A program made the translations under genes and the position numbers. A stretch of DNA of 63,478 bases, filler included, from Nemertoderma westbladi (lineage: Eukaryota; Animalia; Xenacoelomorpha), in the NCBI GenBank assembly GCA_032718475.1. It is 3 parts of 3 records of this genome, joined end to end, with 100 filler letters (N's around TTAATTAATTAA, not from the genome) between each part and the next. Parts side by side here need not be neighbours in the genome. Positions count along the whole stretch, not along the records: positions 1 to 24,448 come from JAUCBJ010008096.1; positions 24,549 to 48,194 come from JAUCBJ010003663.1; 1 more part is not named here. The stretch is one strand, 5' to 3'. Below are positions 23,315-36,023 of this stretch, one piece after another; within the stretch, counting starts at the first letter, position 1, and every line of letters starts with the position of its first letter. The notes beneath the pieces were generated by a model. It saw only the letters and a list, made by a program, of their open reading frames with translations. It searched no databases and had not been told where the DNA came from.

Positions 23315-24448
23315 TTGGTAAAGGGGCGGGGGTGGTAAAGGGGCGGGGGTGGTAAAGGGGCGGGGGTGGTAAAGGGGCGGGGGTGGTAAAGGGGCGGGGG
23401 TGGTAAAGGGGCGGGGGTGGTAAAGGGGCGGGGGTGGTAAAGGGGCGGGGGTGGTAAAGGGGCGGGGGTGGTAAAGGGGTGGGGTGGTAAAGGGGTGGGG
23501 TGGTAAAGGGGTGGGGGTGGTAAAGGGGCGGGGGTGGTAAAGGGGTGGGGTGGTAAAGGGGCGGGGGTGGTAAAGGGGCGGGGGTGGTAAAGGGGCGGGG
23601 GTGGTAAAGGGGCGGGGGTGGTAAAGGGGCGGGGGTGGTAAAGGGGTGGGGTGGTAAAGGGGTGGGGTGGTAAAGGGGTGGGGGTGGTAAAGGGGCGGGG
23701 GTGGTAAAGGGGTGGGGTGGTAAAGGGGCGGGGGTGGTAAAGGGGCGGGGGTGGTAAAGGGGCGGGGGTGGTAAAGGGGCGGGGGTGGTAAAGGGGTGGG
23801 GTGGTAAAGGGGTGGGGGTGGTAAAGGGGCGGGGGTGGTAAAGGGGTGGGGTGGTAAAGGGGTGGAAGGTGGTAAAGGGTGGGAGTGGTAAAAGGGTGGG
23901 GGCCGTAAAGGGGTTAGGGGTGTTAGTGGAAATGGGGTGTGCGTGCGTGGTAAAGGGGTGGGGTGGTAAAGGGGTGGGGTGGTAAAGGGGTGTGGATATT
24001 AAAGGGGCTGGGGTGGTAAATGGGTTCGGGAGGTAAAGGAGTGGAGGTGGTAAATATGGTGGTGGGTGGTAAAGGGGTGGGGGGGGGGGGGTGGAAAAGG
24101 GGTGGGTGGTAAAGAGGTGGTAGGTGGTAAAGTGGTGGGAGGTCGTAAAGGGGTTAGGGGTGTGGAGTGGAAAAGAGGTGTGGGTGGTAAATGGGTGGGG
24201 TGGTAAAGGGGTGGGGGTGGTAAAGGGGTGTGGATGTTAAAGGTGGAAAAGGAAAAGGAAAAAGGGTGGAAAAGAGGTGGGAGGTGGTAAAGTGGTGGGG
24301 GTAGTAAAGGGGTAGGGTGGTAAAGGGGTGGGGCTGGTAAAGGGGTGGGTGTGGTAAAGGGGTGGGGTTGGTAAATGGATAGGGATTGGCAAAGGGGTGT
24401 GAGGAGGTAAAGGGGTGTGGGTGGTAAAGGGGTGGTGGGCGGTAAAGG
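23315..24448. repeat. G-rich 15-16-bp minisatellite (ggggtggtaaaggggc)n running into a gap
   Basis: Tandem periodicity is directly visible. Confidence 0.93.
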
Positions 24449-24548
24449 NNNNNNNNNNNNNNNNNNNNNNNNNNNNNNNNNNNNNNNNNNNNTTAATTAA
24501 TTAANNNNNNNNNNNNNNNNNNNNNNNNNNNNNNNNNNNNNNNNNNNN
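24449..24548. other. Assembly gap with artificial TTAATTAATTAA linker
   Basis: 44 N + ttaattaattaa + 44 N; the same construct occurs at 48195-48294. Confidence 0.97.
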
Positions 24549-24665
24549 ACTAGTGACGGGCCTAGCGGCCCGATAAGGAACCGACTTTTTATTTCAAATA
24601 AAAGAGACAACGAGCTCAGCTCGGTCTTGCACGATTGGGCACGATTAAGTTCGACTTGGCTTGAT

Positions 24666-25162
24666 CGGCTCGGCTCGGCTCGGCTCGGCTCGGCTCGGCT
24701 CGGCTCGGCTCGGCTCGGCTCGGCTCGGCTCGGCTCGGCTCGGCTCGGCTCGGCTCGGTTCGGCTCGGCTCGGCTCGGCTCGGCTCGGCTCGGCTCGGCT
24801 CGGCTCGGCTCGGCTCGGCTCGGCTCGGCTCGGCTCGGCTCGGCTCGGCTCGGCTCGGCTCGGCTCGGCTCGGCTCGGCTCGGCTCGGCTCGGCTCGGCT
24901 CGGCTCGGCTCGGCTCGGCTCGGCTCGGCTCGGCTCGGCTCGGCTCGGCTCGGCTCGGCTCGGCTCGGCTCGGCTCGGCTCGGCTCGGCTCGGCTCGGCT
25001 CGGCTCGGCTCGGCTCGGCTCGGCTCGGCTCGGCTCGGCTCGGCTCGGCTCGGCTCGGCTCGGCTCGGCTCGGCTCGGCTCGGCTCGGCTCGGCTCGGCT
25101 CGGCTCGGCTTGGCTTGGCTTGGCTCAGCTCGTCTCGGCTCGGCTCGGCTCGGCTCGGCTCG
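24666..25162. repeat. (GGCTC)n pentanucleotide microsatellite
   Basis: Directly visible; it explains the SARLG/AEPSR ORFs. Confidence 0.98.
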
Positions 25163-25177
25163 GTCTGAGTCGACTCC

Positions 25178-25535
25178 CCGTGCTGCTCAAAGGGCGCAAA
25201 TACATATATCAAAGGGTCAAAGCAAAACTCACGTGCTGCTCGAAGGGTCAAAGTCAAACAATGTGTCTATTATTTGATGTAATTCACGTGCTGCTCGAAG
25301 GGCGCAAATACATATATCGAAGGGTCAAAGCAAAACTCACGTGCTGCTCGAAGGGTCAAAGTCAAACAATGTGTCTATTATTTGATGTAATTCACGTGCT
25401 GCTCGAAGGGCGCAAATACATATATCGAAGGGTCAAAGCAAAACTTACGTGCTGCTCGAAGGGACAAAGTCAAACATTGTGTCTAATATTTGATTAACTC
25501 ACGTGCTGCTCGAAGGGCGCAACTACATACATCGA
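25178..25535. repeat. 108-bp tandem repeat, about 3 copies
   Basis: cacgtgctgctcgaagggcgcaa recurs at 25285, 25393 and about 25500. Confidence 0.9.
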
Positions 25536-26296
25536 AACAAGCCCCTGTCTTGTATTTTAATTATATCAGAAATCCTTGCCTTCAGTACAAAATATCTAAA
25601 AATTCATTTACCTGAAGTATGGGTAACATTATAAATTCGCTTTTCACACAGTAGTTAACTAAAGCAAATACCCTTCAGGTTGACTGAATGATTTTATTAA
25701 TGTTTGCCATGAATAGTACTATATTTGGGTCCCACGACCCACCCCTGAACAGCTTTGCTTACATCTGATAGAGAGTAATCCCAAATTAACTTCCCTCTCT
25801 ACGAAAATTATTTTAATTAAATACATACAACATAGCAGTCAACTCTGCAATCAACAGTACACAATAACTAAAATGGCATTCAGTTTACCAGCTATTCGCA
25901 TTAAGCTAATAGATATTCGATTTCATTCGATTCAGTGAGTGTGTGAGGGCTATTGGGAGAGCAATCAGCTTATGATGTAATACATTAGAATCCCACAGCT
26001 TTTGTTTGCTTACTGTCTGAGTTGTAGAGTGAGGATAATACTTGGCAGAGAAAGCATTTCCTTGTTAGGTGGCCATTCCTATAGAATAGCATTACTAGGC
26101 CATCTCTATCCATTTTTCATGAGTGCCAGCTGGTGTTTTTATCATTGCACCTATGGCGTTTTTTCGTTTATGTCTATTTTTCGAGCCCACGGCTCATGGA
26201 CGAAATAGCGGAACATACAAGGGACCTTAGAATCGCCGTATCTAGCCGCCGTGAAAATTTCATCAAAATCGTTAGAGTAGTTTTGGCTGTAGATCA

Positions 26297-26335
<39 letters not shown>

Positions 26336-26946
26336 TCGAGCAATTCTTACAGTAATGAACCTCTCGGTTCCTAATAACAAACATTGTGTTTTATTGATAT
26401 AATGGTCCATTCCTATGTAAAATATTATCAATTCTTTATAATATAGCTGCTAATTGTCTTCGAAAACGAAGATAATTTATCAGGCAAATAATGTATATTT
26501 CCATAATCATAGAAGCATAATTATTAATTAAATGCATCTAAATTTAATTAATTTTAATAGATCCATCAACACGAATAATCTAATATGGCTGACAATATGG
26601 GAAATTATTTAAATTTAAACTAACAAATTCAAATTTTTCGATTATCACCTAAAGTTTCAATAGATACCCTCAAATATATATTGATTATATATTTCTCTAT
26701 ATACTCAGCCGCTTCCATTAATAAGTATATAACGTATTGTAGGATAGGGAAGTAGGGTGTAGGGTAGGATACGGTAGGCTACTACAGTAGGTATAGGCTA
26801 ATACCCCCTCCCTCTTCACCAAAGCATCCACAGGCAGGTCCAGTGATTGTTTCAGTTACATTTTTTTTCTTCGAAAAATAGTATTTTTTATGCTTCGAAA
26901 ATGCTTCTAATAATGTATGAAATTATCCTTCGAAAATGCTTCGTAA

Positions 26947-28080
26947 CGACACAGTATATATTGAATCCGGGATTCCAACCGCGGCAGCCTATATTCGATG
27001 CAGACAATTACATTTCATTAAATCAATATTAAAACGCCCACATCGTACAGATCCAGTTCACATATGTATGGATATCGCAAAGGATATCGGCGCGAGTGGT
27101 TCAAAATACATAACGGAACTCCTGAAAAATTCTAACAATATAAAACGAGATAATACAGAGATGTTACGTAAAAGGATTATGGATAGTAGCAGCAGTAAAC
27201 GGGTTACATACAAGCAACTGAACACGACATTACAAACACATGATATTTATACCACTCGATCGTCAAAAATCCCGGAGCATATGCGAATCGCATGGTCGCG
27301 TTTTCGCTTGTCGTCTCATAACTTACGAATAGAAAGAGATCGTTGGACACGACTACCTAGAGAACAAAGGGTCTGTAGTTGCGATGGGCTGTCGGTGCAG
27401 GACGAAGAGCATATACTAAGTAGCTGCGAGCATACAAAGGAAATTATAGGCTTCTACAATGTTTCATCTTTGTTAGACTTTAACGGCCTACCGAGTTACG
27501 AAGCCGCAGAGCTGGCTTATAAGATCAGCAAAGTGTTCCCGTAATAGTTATATATAGTCTATAACCAACGACTGACAGTATTTAATTTACGACAGTGGTT
27601 TATTGACTTGCAGTACTTAATTAACCGTAATTACATAACATTGTATATTAACTATTTAATTATCTGACCATATTTAATACTTCAGAATTTGACTTTATAT
27701 TGGCAATTTATTAGTAACCAAATACCTTATATTTGTTTGACATAATGGTTAACCGTAATTACATAATATTGTATATTGAATGTTGATTATTTGACCATAT
27801 ATTAATATATTAATCCTTTATATTGACTATTTATTTATTAGTATATTATTTTATTAGACTATTTATTAGTGACCGAATGATCGATATTTTGTTTATATTA
27901 ACCTTATATTTATTTGACATACTGTTTATAACAATTAGGACTTACCCAGTGTTTATTTGACCATATATAATTTACTTACTTATTGATCAATTGTATTTAT
28001 GTAGACCTATTAATAATATAATAATGTAGTGCTGATGGTAATGTTGATCTGGTCTATAATAATAATAATAATAATAATAA
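26947..28080 (+). mobile_element. 5'-truncated non-LTR retrotransposon (RTEX-like C-terminus, 3' UTR, (TAA)n tail) flanked by a 207-bp direct repeat
   Basis: ORF ends RFRLSSHNLRIE..RW...R.C.C....VQDEEHILSSC (C-terminal CCHC) with stop at 27544; (taa)n at 28057-28081; repeats at 26740-26946 and 28081-28287. Confidence 0.85.
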
Positions 28081-29093
28081 TAGGATAGGGAAGTAGGGTG
28101 TAGGGTAGGATACGGTAGGCTACTACAGTAGGTATAGGCTAATACCCCCTCCCTCTTCACCAAAGCATCCACAGGCAGGTCCAGTGATTGTTTCAGTTAC
28201 ATTTTTTTTCTTCGAAAAATAGTATTTTTTATGGTTCGAAAATGCTTCTAATAATGTATGAAATTATCCTTCGAAAATGCTTCGTAAACTACTAATCGAA
28301 GGGGTAATAGTCTACTAAACGATGGATATTTCTCTTCGAAATCCACCCTTCGAAACCTTTAAGAACATTGGAACCAAAAAGCCGGCTTTTATCCGGCGAA
28401 ATTAGCAGGGTATTAGCCGGCGAAATTAGTAGCAATTTATCAGCGACTTATGCTATGACTTTGCTGGGAAAGTATAGTTATTTATTCATTTCGAGAATCA
28501 GTTTTATTGATGACTTCCACATTGTGTGTGGCTTTCACACCTCTCAGGCTGACGGTTATATTTTGACAGGCATTTTGACAGGCTTAAAAATGACAAAATA
28601 TAGTATGATTTGTATTGTTTTGGAGATACGGTGACGGACAGACCGACAGTCAAACGGACAGACAGCCGTATCTCGAGAAGTAAGACAGATCTTGCTAAAC
28701 GGTTTTGAAATTTGTAATCATGATAAAAATCTGCTCTAGAAGAAATATCAAAAATATTTATGGCCAATACCCCCCAAAGGGCCCCAAGACGTGACAGATG
28801 CGCCGGTGTTTTTATTGTTTTTATGGATGTAACTCGAAAAATTAACCTTCATTATATAAAATACCGATGGAATACTGGAATAAAACCTTTCACCGTTGAG
28901 ATTACTTTTTTTTTAAATAATAATTTAAGTGATTACATTTGTGAATTAGCTGAAATACGGTAGGTACTACTGGTATTTATTCAGTTATTAGACCTATTAA
29001 ATTCCCCCTGTACCGCTGTACGGTATAATTATTATCATTATATCAAATTTATGTAATAACAGTCAGCCAGTAATGGAATGAATGTGGGTGACA

Positions 29094-29659
29094 GACCGAA
29101 CTTAATCAGGATCGAATGTAACATAGTTTTTACGAATCGAACGTAACCTAAATTATGTTACATTGGATTCTATAACTATGTTACATTCGATCTACAAATT
29201 ACTAAACTCGAATGTAACATACATTTATTTCAGTTGTGTTTTGATTTCAGGAGTTAAACGATGAAATGCTTCGTTTATTTACAGGAAGAAACAGTTTGGT
29301 GTTGGTGAGTACAAAACAAAGACCCAAGACACAATTAAGTGACCTGCAATCTTGTAACATATTAACTTTCGTTTATTGTTTTGGTTCCCCCAACACGCCT
29401 CTGTAACCTGCTCCTTTCAGCCTTTAAATAAAAGTAACCTGCATAATCTTATAACATCTGTTAACTTGCGTTTATTGTTTTGGTTCCCCCAACACGCCTC
29501 TGTAACCTGCTCCTTTAAATTTGTAAATGGTAATGTTACATTCGAGCTTAGTAATTTGTAGATCGAATGTAACATAGTTATAGGATCCAATGTAACATAA
29601 TTGCAGTTACGTTCGATACGAAATAACTAAGTTACATTCGGTCCTGATTACGTTCGGTC
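29094..29659. mobile_element. MITE with about 130-bp TIRs
   Basis: gaccgaacttaatcaggatcgaatgtaac... versus ...gttacattcggtcctgattacgttcggtc. Confidence 0.8.
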
Positions 29660-30112
29660 ATGTATCCCTCCAAAAGTTGAATTTTATAAAAAGTTGAATT
29701 TATTATCACTATTCCAATGCAGCAATGATAAGGTACGGTCTGCGGTTAGAAGGTGATTTCCAGCTCTGCAGCTAACAGCCTAAAAACGGCAGAATCCAGC
29801 CAGCAACTGGCTGACTGGCTGAACAAAAGACATCAGGACATAAACTGGCTGACTGTACCCTGGTGCCGGTACCGTCTGACCTGACCGTACTACAGCTGTA
29901 CATTACCTGATTACTACTGTCTGACTGTACTATCATTATTATTATACAATTCAGCAATTACCGGTACCCAATAGGCCTACACATACACCCAATCGTCAGT
30001 CGTCAGACCTTACTGCCATAGCTGCATAGGCTGATACACAAGACATAGCCTACAATCAGACAATACATAATACTCTTACAATAATAAATAGGTTTAATTT
30101 CGGAATATTTCA

Positions 30113-30745
30113 ATGGATGACGACACGGAAACCTACAAACTGTGGCGTCTGCGTAAAACGGTGATGCAACTGTGCCACGACCGTGGATTCCTTGTTACTC
30201 AGGTGGAATTGGATCAAACGTTGGAGCAGTTTAAGGAGCAGTTTGGGGATAAACCAAGCGAAGGAAGACCCTCCCGGGAGGACCTCCACATAGTGGTGGA
30301 ACACGCCGAGGATCCCACCGACGTTATGTACATTCTATTCGCGGACGAACCCAAAATATCCATAAAAAACATCAAACAATACTGTCAGAAGATGCAGGAT
30401 GGCCAGTGTCAGAAAGCGATCATTGTAGTCCAACAAGGAATGACCCCATCTGCTAAACAAGCCATGGCTGACATGGCGCCGAAGTATATTATAGAACAAT
30501 TTCTCGAGGCCGAACTTTTGGTTAATATTACGCAACACGAATTAGTTCCACAACATATTGTGCTGACTTCGGATGAGAAATCCGAGTTGTTATCCCGCTA
30601 CAAACTGAAGGACCATCAACTGCCTCGCATACAGTTGGGGGACCCGGTTGCGCGTTACTTCGGGTTGAAACGGGGTCAGGTAGTTAAGATAATACGTAAG
30701 AGTGAGACCGCCGGGCGGTATGTTACTTATAGACTGGTCGTGTGA
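30113..30745 (+). CDS. POLR2E: DNA-directed RNA polymerases I/II/III subunit RPABC1 (RPB5), intronless
   Basis: 210 aa with [38 protein letters not shown] and [33 protein letters not shown], matching metazoan RPB5 in motifs and length. Confidence 0.97.
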   Translation: MDDDTETYKLWRLRKTVMQLCHDRGFLVTQVELDQTLEQFKEQFGDKPSEGRPSREDLHIVVEHAEDPTDVMYILFADEPKISIKNIKQYCQKMQDGQCQKAIIVVQQGMTPSAKQAMADMAPKYIIEQFLEAELLVNITQHELVPQHIVLTSDEKSELLSRYKLKDHQLPRIQLGDPVARYFGLKRGQVVKIIRKSETAGRYVTYRLVV

Positions 30746-31194
30746 GATAGTTGATGTGTCATTGTGTTCGGAATCTGGTCCCCTTTGCGACAAGCGACAC
30801 TAACAACTTCCAATATAAAGTTCCAATCTGTATTCAGTTTCAAGACCAGGAGAAAAATTGTCTTCGCAATCTTGTAGGAGATACAGGTACCCTACCTATT
30901 CCGAGATGCAATAGGCCTACAATATATATTTACCTTTTAAGTATATTAATTAATTATGAATTGATCAATTCATTTTATATTTTTTATTTTAATAGCTTGA
31001 CTATAATAGTTCGGGTGTTTGTTTTATAACATTTAATTTATTGCCCTGATTTAATTTCCTAGCTCTCACTAACTACATGATTTAAATCGATCAATAAATA
31101 TTACTAGAATTAAGTCAGTATCAAGATTTAGGCTTGATAAACTTAATTTAGGGAGCGAAAGACCAAGTACAAAATTATGAGTAATGACACTAAA

Positions 31195-32140
31195 AGGGAC
31201 AGGATACGATACGATACGATACGAAAATACGATTCGATACGAACCAATTTTTCACAATACGATACGAATGCAATTTTGAGTAAATAATATACGATACGAA
31301 AAATCCAAGATGCGATACGAAATACGAAACAAGTTTCGTATTTTTTTCGTATCGTATTTTATCTAAGAGTTTGTAAATATTGTATTTTATTTTGTATTAC
31401 ACTTAGAAATTCATATAAATATCTATATAATAGGACATTTTTTTTATTTCATTGTTCCAGTATGCTTGCTACAGCAATAGTGTGTCTACTGGCTACAACA
31501 TCCATACGTTATGCAACGGGGCCCAATAGTGAGGCGTTACCATATTACCATGCCATTCTATGAATACTTTTGATGTACCTAGGCCTACTGGCTACTGCCA
31601 TATTTATGGAATAATTTTGAATTTGATGTACCAAGATCCTTCAATTCAAGACCTTCAATTTCGAAGTCAATCTAATACTAAAATAAAACAAATGTTTTAT
31701 TTCTATTATTATTTCACTAGAATGCCTTATCATATAACATCAATGCCTTGTAGGCGCGATTAGAGTTTTCGTCACAAGTTTATTTAAAGTTTATTTGATT
31801 ATAATTCACTGGTCTTTTTATCATTAATCTACAGTTGATTACAATGTGATTAACGGTCCTTTGTCTTACACATTTTATTGACATAATAAAACTGTAGGCT
31901 CTAACCTAATACCTGTATATACCCCAACTTTAAGAAAATTATTTTGTTTAAAGAAATAAGTGGTGTGATCTTTGGTTTGACTGTTAAAAACATTAATATT
32001 TATAAAATACGAAAAATATTTATTCGTATTATACGATACGAAGTCAAATTTTATGATACGATACGAAATTCGATACGAAGTAAATACTGCGATACGAAAT
32101 ACGAAAATCCATTTTCGTATCATATCGTATCATGTCCCTG
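31195..32140. mobile_element. MITE with agggaca/tgtccct termini and subterminal GATAC(GA) repeats
   Basis: agggacaggatacgatacgatacg ... cgtatcatatcgtatcatgtccctg. Confidence 0.7.
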
Positions 32141-33020
32141 TTTTTGAGATAATAAGCGGTTTGTTATTACCATACCAGTCACACGGGTTTGAATTCTGCC
32201 ATCAATCCTGACAGTAATCAAAGTCTCACGACTTGCTAATTACAAAAGGTTTCTTTCCATACTCAGGTTCTACGTCAATACAGCCGTTACTTATTTATTC
32301 TGATGTATTCCGTTGTATTTATTCCTGATATCGTTATACTGCTGGTTGAATGGTCGCGGTCGGCCTATAGATCAAATCTAGAACCTAAACATAAACGCCC
32401 TTCTTTCACCTCTAACTACTAACTAAATAAGAACGATTTTAAACATCCCCCGGGGGGGGGGGGGGGGGGGGGGTGTATAAAATTCTAACTTACCAAAAAC
32501 AGTATAATTTTTACAGTTTAATTTTTATCCACGTTTATTTGCATCGATTGGTCATTTATACGATATATTATTACGCCGAGACGGGATTTCCACAAGTTTT
32601 CCCCTTGTCTGACCGCACCAAAGGTTTTTACACCTTGATTGTATATTAAATAATCATTGCAGGTATTATCATCATTATTATGCATAATTAATAATCAGTT
32701 GTAACAAAAAAAAACGAAAATATGTAACAAATACAGATTAGAAAATAAATATACAATTAAGCACCCACTCATAATCAGCAACCAGTTCAAAATCAATCCT
32801 CATGATCATTACATAACTATATCTACTGTAAACAAATTGTTAGTTAGTAGGTGATACTGTTTAGGTAAAATAAGATATATCAAAACGTGGCAAATAGAAA
32901 ACTTAATAACTGCCATCATGCCAAGAGCTATAAATAAAGTTATACTGTATGAACAATGATGTATACGGTATATACAGCTGTGGTATCATTAATATAATAT
33001 CATATCAATATCATTAATTA

Positions 33021-34676
33021 CTAGATACGTCTGAATGGGTGAATCATTCTTCTAAGAATTTCCTTACGAATAATATTATAATCTCCGCCGGCAGATTGTC
33101 GTAAAAAACCGCGATTTTCATCTGCTCTCCGGGACAGGTAAGGTAGAACGTCGACAACGGGTCCGTATGGTACATACTTAGCGACCGTGTAACCAGCCTG
33201 GCCCAAAGTTAGTGTTACGTTGTCCCGCATACCGAGTTGTTGACCAAAGCATACCGACCCTGACCTGGGATCAATACCAAACTCGAGCATCCGTTGAACA
33301 ACGTATTGAACCGTGGCTTCATTATGACTCGCAACGAATATATGAACCCTGGCACCTTCGCTGATCTTCCTCAAACAATCGTCAATAACCTTGTAATAAT
33401 TATCTGTGGTGTCTTGGTATGTATCGTGTATAGGATCGGTGTATCCTAACACCTTGGCTCGCTGTCTCTCCTGTTCCATATAGGCACCGCGGACTATCTT
33501 TGCGGCAAAGTGTACCCCTTCTCTCTCTGCTCTATCCATGTCCAAACGAATACGTTCACAGCTGTTCTTAAGATAACATTGGTATGTATTGTAGATAACA
33601 GGGCCGTTCTTATTATAAACTTTAATAAGATCCATAGCCAACCGCGAGATGGCTGCTCGAAAGAAGGTAAATTCCGCGTCTACCATTAGTTTAACTCCCA
33701 GCTGATTAGCTCGACTCGCGATCATATCAATACGTGTCCACACGTTCCCCAGTATCTCGTCCCCGTCCTCTCCTAGGCGAGGTAACAAAGATTGCAAACC
33801 TGTTGCGGCTGGGTTGGAAACAGGAAACAGCTTATCCAATGAGACGGCGGGGGAAATAATTTCATTCCAATCCAATACACCAATCCCACCTGATTTATCG
33901 TTGTCCAGCGCAACGAATAATTCATCAATATCGCCGTCAGTCGCAAGGATTCCCATATTGCGTAACTGATCGCGAAACAGAGATCCCTCTACCGATAACG
34001 ACTGATGCTGGTCAGACGACCTGGCTAATTTATTTACAAAAAAGTCATTAAGTTGAGTGATAATATCTGAGTAGTGAAGAAGAAATTGAGGGGTTGCCAA
34101 TGAGGTCAGTTTCATAGCAGCGAAGGCGGCATTAGGTGCGTTCGCATTTGCTGAAAGGTCTATACAGGTCAGATATTGATCAGCATTTATCGCACATTGT
34201 CGTTCCCCCTGGTCAGCCACTCTTCCATCACTAGTTCCATCGACGGAGCAATCCTGTTCTACAGCGTAGTTCAGCATTGTATTAACTCCGGATTCCCGGA
34301 GACGAGCGATATATGGAATTACCTTTTCGCGATCCTCACCCGCACAAAAATGCCCGTAGAAGGTTAACTTCATCGCGATGCTGAATAAATGATCACCCAA
34401 AAGCTTCCTCGCCAGATCCATAATCTTTTGATTTCTATCTACAAGAAAATTATAAGAACATAACCTAAAAACAATGAGACCCCGGAGTAATTCCAAATAA
34501 CTTTTGCTTCGTAACGCATCCTGGTGGTTGGAGAAGTCCAAGGTGGATAGGGGGATGTTTCCATGATGTTGAGATCCGAATCTACATATTCGTAGATTCG
34601 GTTGGGTATCGATACCGGAAGAGATTCCGTTTCGTTTCATTGTTCGCATATACAGGACCGCCGTTCGATACGCCAT
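33021..34676 (-). CDS. PRODH: Mitochondrial proline dehydrogenase (PRODH/sluggish-A-like), intronless
   Basis: TFYGHFCAGED, AMKLTSL, EF-hand-like DNDKSGGIG, LMVDAE, IYNTYQCYLK, KIVRGAYMEQER, VASHNE, FGQQLGM, KYVPYGPV..VLPYLSRRADEN; Arg-rich N-terminus. Confidence 0.94.
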   Translation of the reverse strand: MAYRTAVLYMRTMKRNGISSGIDTQPNLRICRFGSQHHGNIPLSTLDFSNHQDALRSKSYLELLRGLIVFRLCSYNFLVDRNQKIMDLARKLLGDHLFSIAMKLTFYGHFCAGEDREKVIPYIARLRESGVNTMLNYAVEQDCSVDGTSDGRVADQGERQCAINADQYLTCIDLSANANAPNAAFAAMKLTSLATPQFLLHYSDIITQLNDFFVNKLARSSDQHQSLSVEGSLFRDQLRNMGILATDGDIDELFVALDNDKSGGIGVLDWNEIISPAVSLDKLFPVSNPAATGLQSLLPRLGEDGDEILGNVWTRIDMIASRANQLGVKLMVDAEFTFFRAAISRLAMDLIKVYNKNGPVIYNTYQCYLKNSCERIRLDMDRAEREGVHFAAKIVRGAYMEQERQRAKVLGYTDPIHDTYQDTTDNYYKVIDDCLRKISEGARVHIFVASHNEATVQYVVQRMLEFGIDPRSGSVCFGQQLGMRDNVTLTLGQAGYTVAKYVPYGPVVDVLPYLSRRADENRGFLRQSAGGDYNIIRKEILRRMIHPFRRI

Positions 34677-34911
34677 GTTCAGATGTTCAATTACCAGTAA
34701 AAGGGTTGGTACCGTACCGTACGGTAGCTGGGTAGGCCCAGCTGCCCTGTCAGCCTGTTATAACTGCTGAACTGTATAATATACTACAATGCTGCAATGC
34801 GGTAATTTGTGTAATACCGGTGGTGTTGCGGTGACACAGGCGAAAATGCACCATTGGCAGATTGGCCCTTCGGGGCAATGGCAAGGGTCCAGAATTACAC
34901 GCTCCACATTT

Positions 34912-36023
34912 GGGTAAATCTTTTCGACCTACGCGTAGGCCTACGCGTAGCTACGCGTAGCTACGCGTAGTTCGCAACATTGGGTCATATATCACCAGTT
35001 TCAGAGTTTTAACAATAACTACGCGTAGGTGCTACGCGTAGGTCCTACGCGACCTACGCATAGGTGCTACCCATAACTATGCCTATACGTCGTTTATCAT
35101 TAGTAGGCTTACGTATTCCAAGCGAGTCAGTACTAAAATAAGACACAATACGGTATGTTCAATAAACAACCCACAACCATCAAATGCTTTCAACAGTAAT
35201 GTATCCTATACCTGTATACTCTATATAGAGGAATACGCGAAGACTACATATTCTTCACTTCATGCGTTGCGGGCGGTAAAATGTGTTAATAATTAATGTT
35301 TAGAGTTCAAAAATAGTTTACAAAGGAAATAGGCCGATGGTTCTTATCGATTCTCTATGCTTTTTATTGCCTTTGTTCACGATAGGGCAAGGATATACTG
35401 TATTTAATATGTTAACCCCTTGACAAGGGAAGGGGGAGACTAAATTGTCTACCATGATTGGTTGCACTTGTTATTTGACCAAACAATTTGATTATATGCA
35501 GTATTTATCAGCTTTCGCTTAACCTCTTCACCGGTAGACTGGTCGCTTTATTTACTACTGTTCAATATTTAAATAATCCAATGGAAACAAAGATACTTGA
35601 ATCATGAGACGTGAATTTTAAGTTTACTTTTTATTCATCCTCGTGTTTGTATGTGAAAGAGCCGAATATTATTTATTACCAGTGCTGTATGTAGAGATAT
35701 GAGTTTCCGATTCTGTTATTACATTTGTCTGATAATCAGATACCTGACATATACCGATACTTGCCTAACAACTCAACCCTACCGGACCTGAAATGAAAAA
35801 TCATTGTTATCAGGACTGCTACGCGTAGCACCTACGCGTAGCTACGCGTAGCACCTACGCGTAGTTTCAAAATACCTACGCGTAGTTCCAAAATAACTAC
35901 GCGTAGTTTTAAAACACCTACGCGTAGTTGTTAAAAAGGCAGTAAGTCTGGCCCTACCGGTAAATGACAGGAATGGAAGTTACAAACTACGCGTAGCTAC
36001 GCGTAGGTCGAAAAGATTTACCC
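34912..36023. mobile_element. Non-autonomous DNA transposon with perfect TIRs and an 8-bp TSD
   Basis: gggtaaatcttttcgacctacgcgtag / ctacgcgtaggtcgaaaagatttaccc; TSD ccacattt at 34904-34911 and 36024-36031; arrays of the palindrome ctacgcgtag. Confidence 0.93.

Larger units (their letters stand above)
24549..26376 (+). mobile_element. Second Helentron/HINE-like element carrying (GGCTC)n, a 108-bp tandem repeat and (CAGC)n
   Basis: 5' hairpin gggcc..ggccc plus aggaaccga; 3' tcggttcct (short subterminal inverted repeat) preceded by aaatttcatcaaaatcg and (cagc)n. Confidence 0.5.

Noticed and set aside
24493-24504. TTAATTAATTAA palindrome within Ns
   Set aside because: Artificial scaffolding linker, identical in both 100-bp gaps.
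24616-25497. SARLG/AEPSR repeat proteins
   Set aside because: Stop-free reading of the (GGCTC)n microsatellite.
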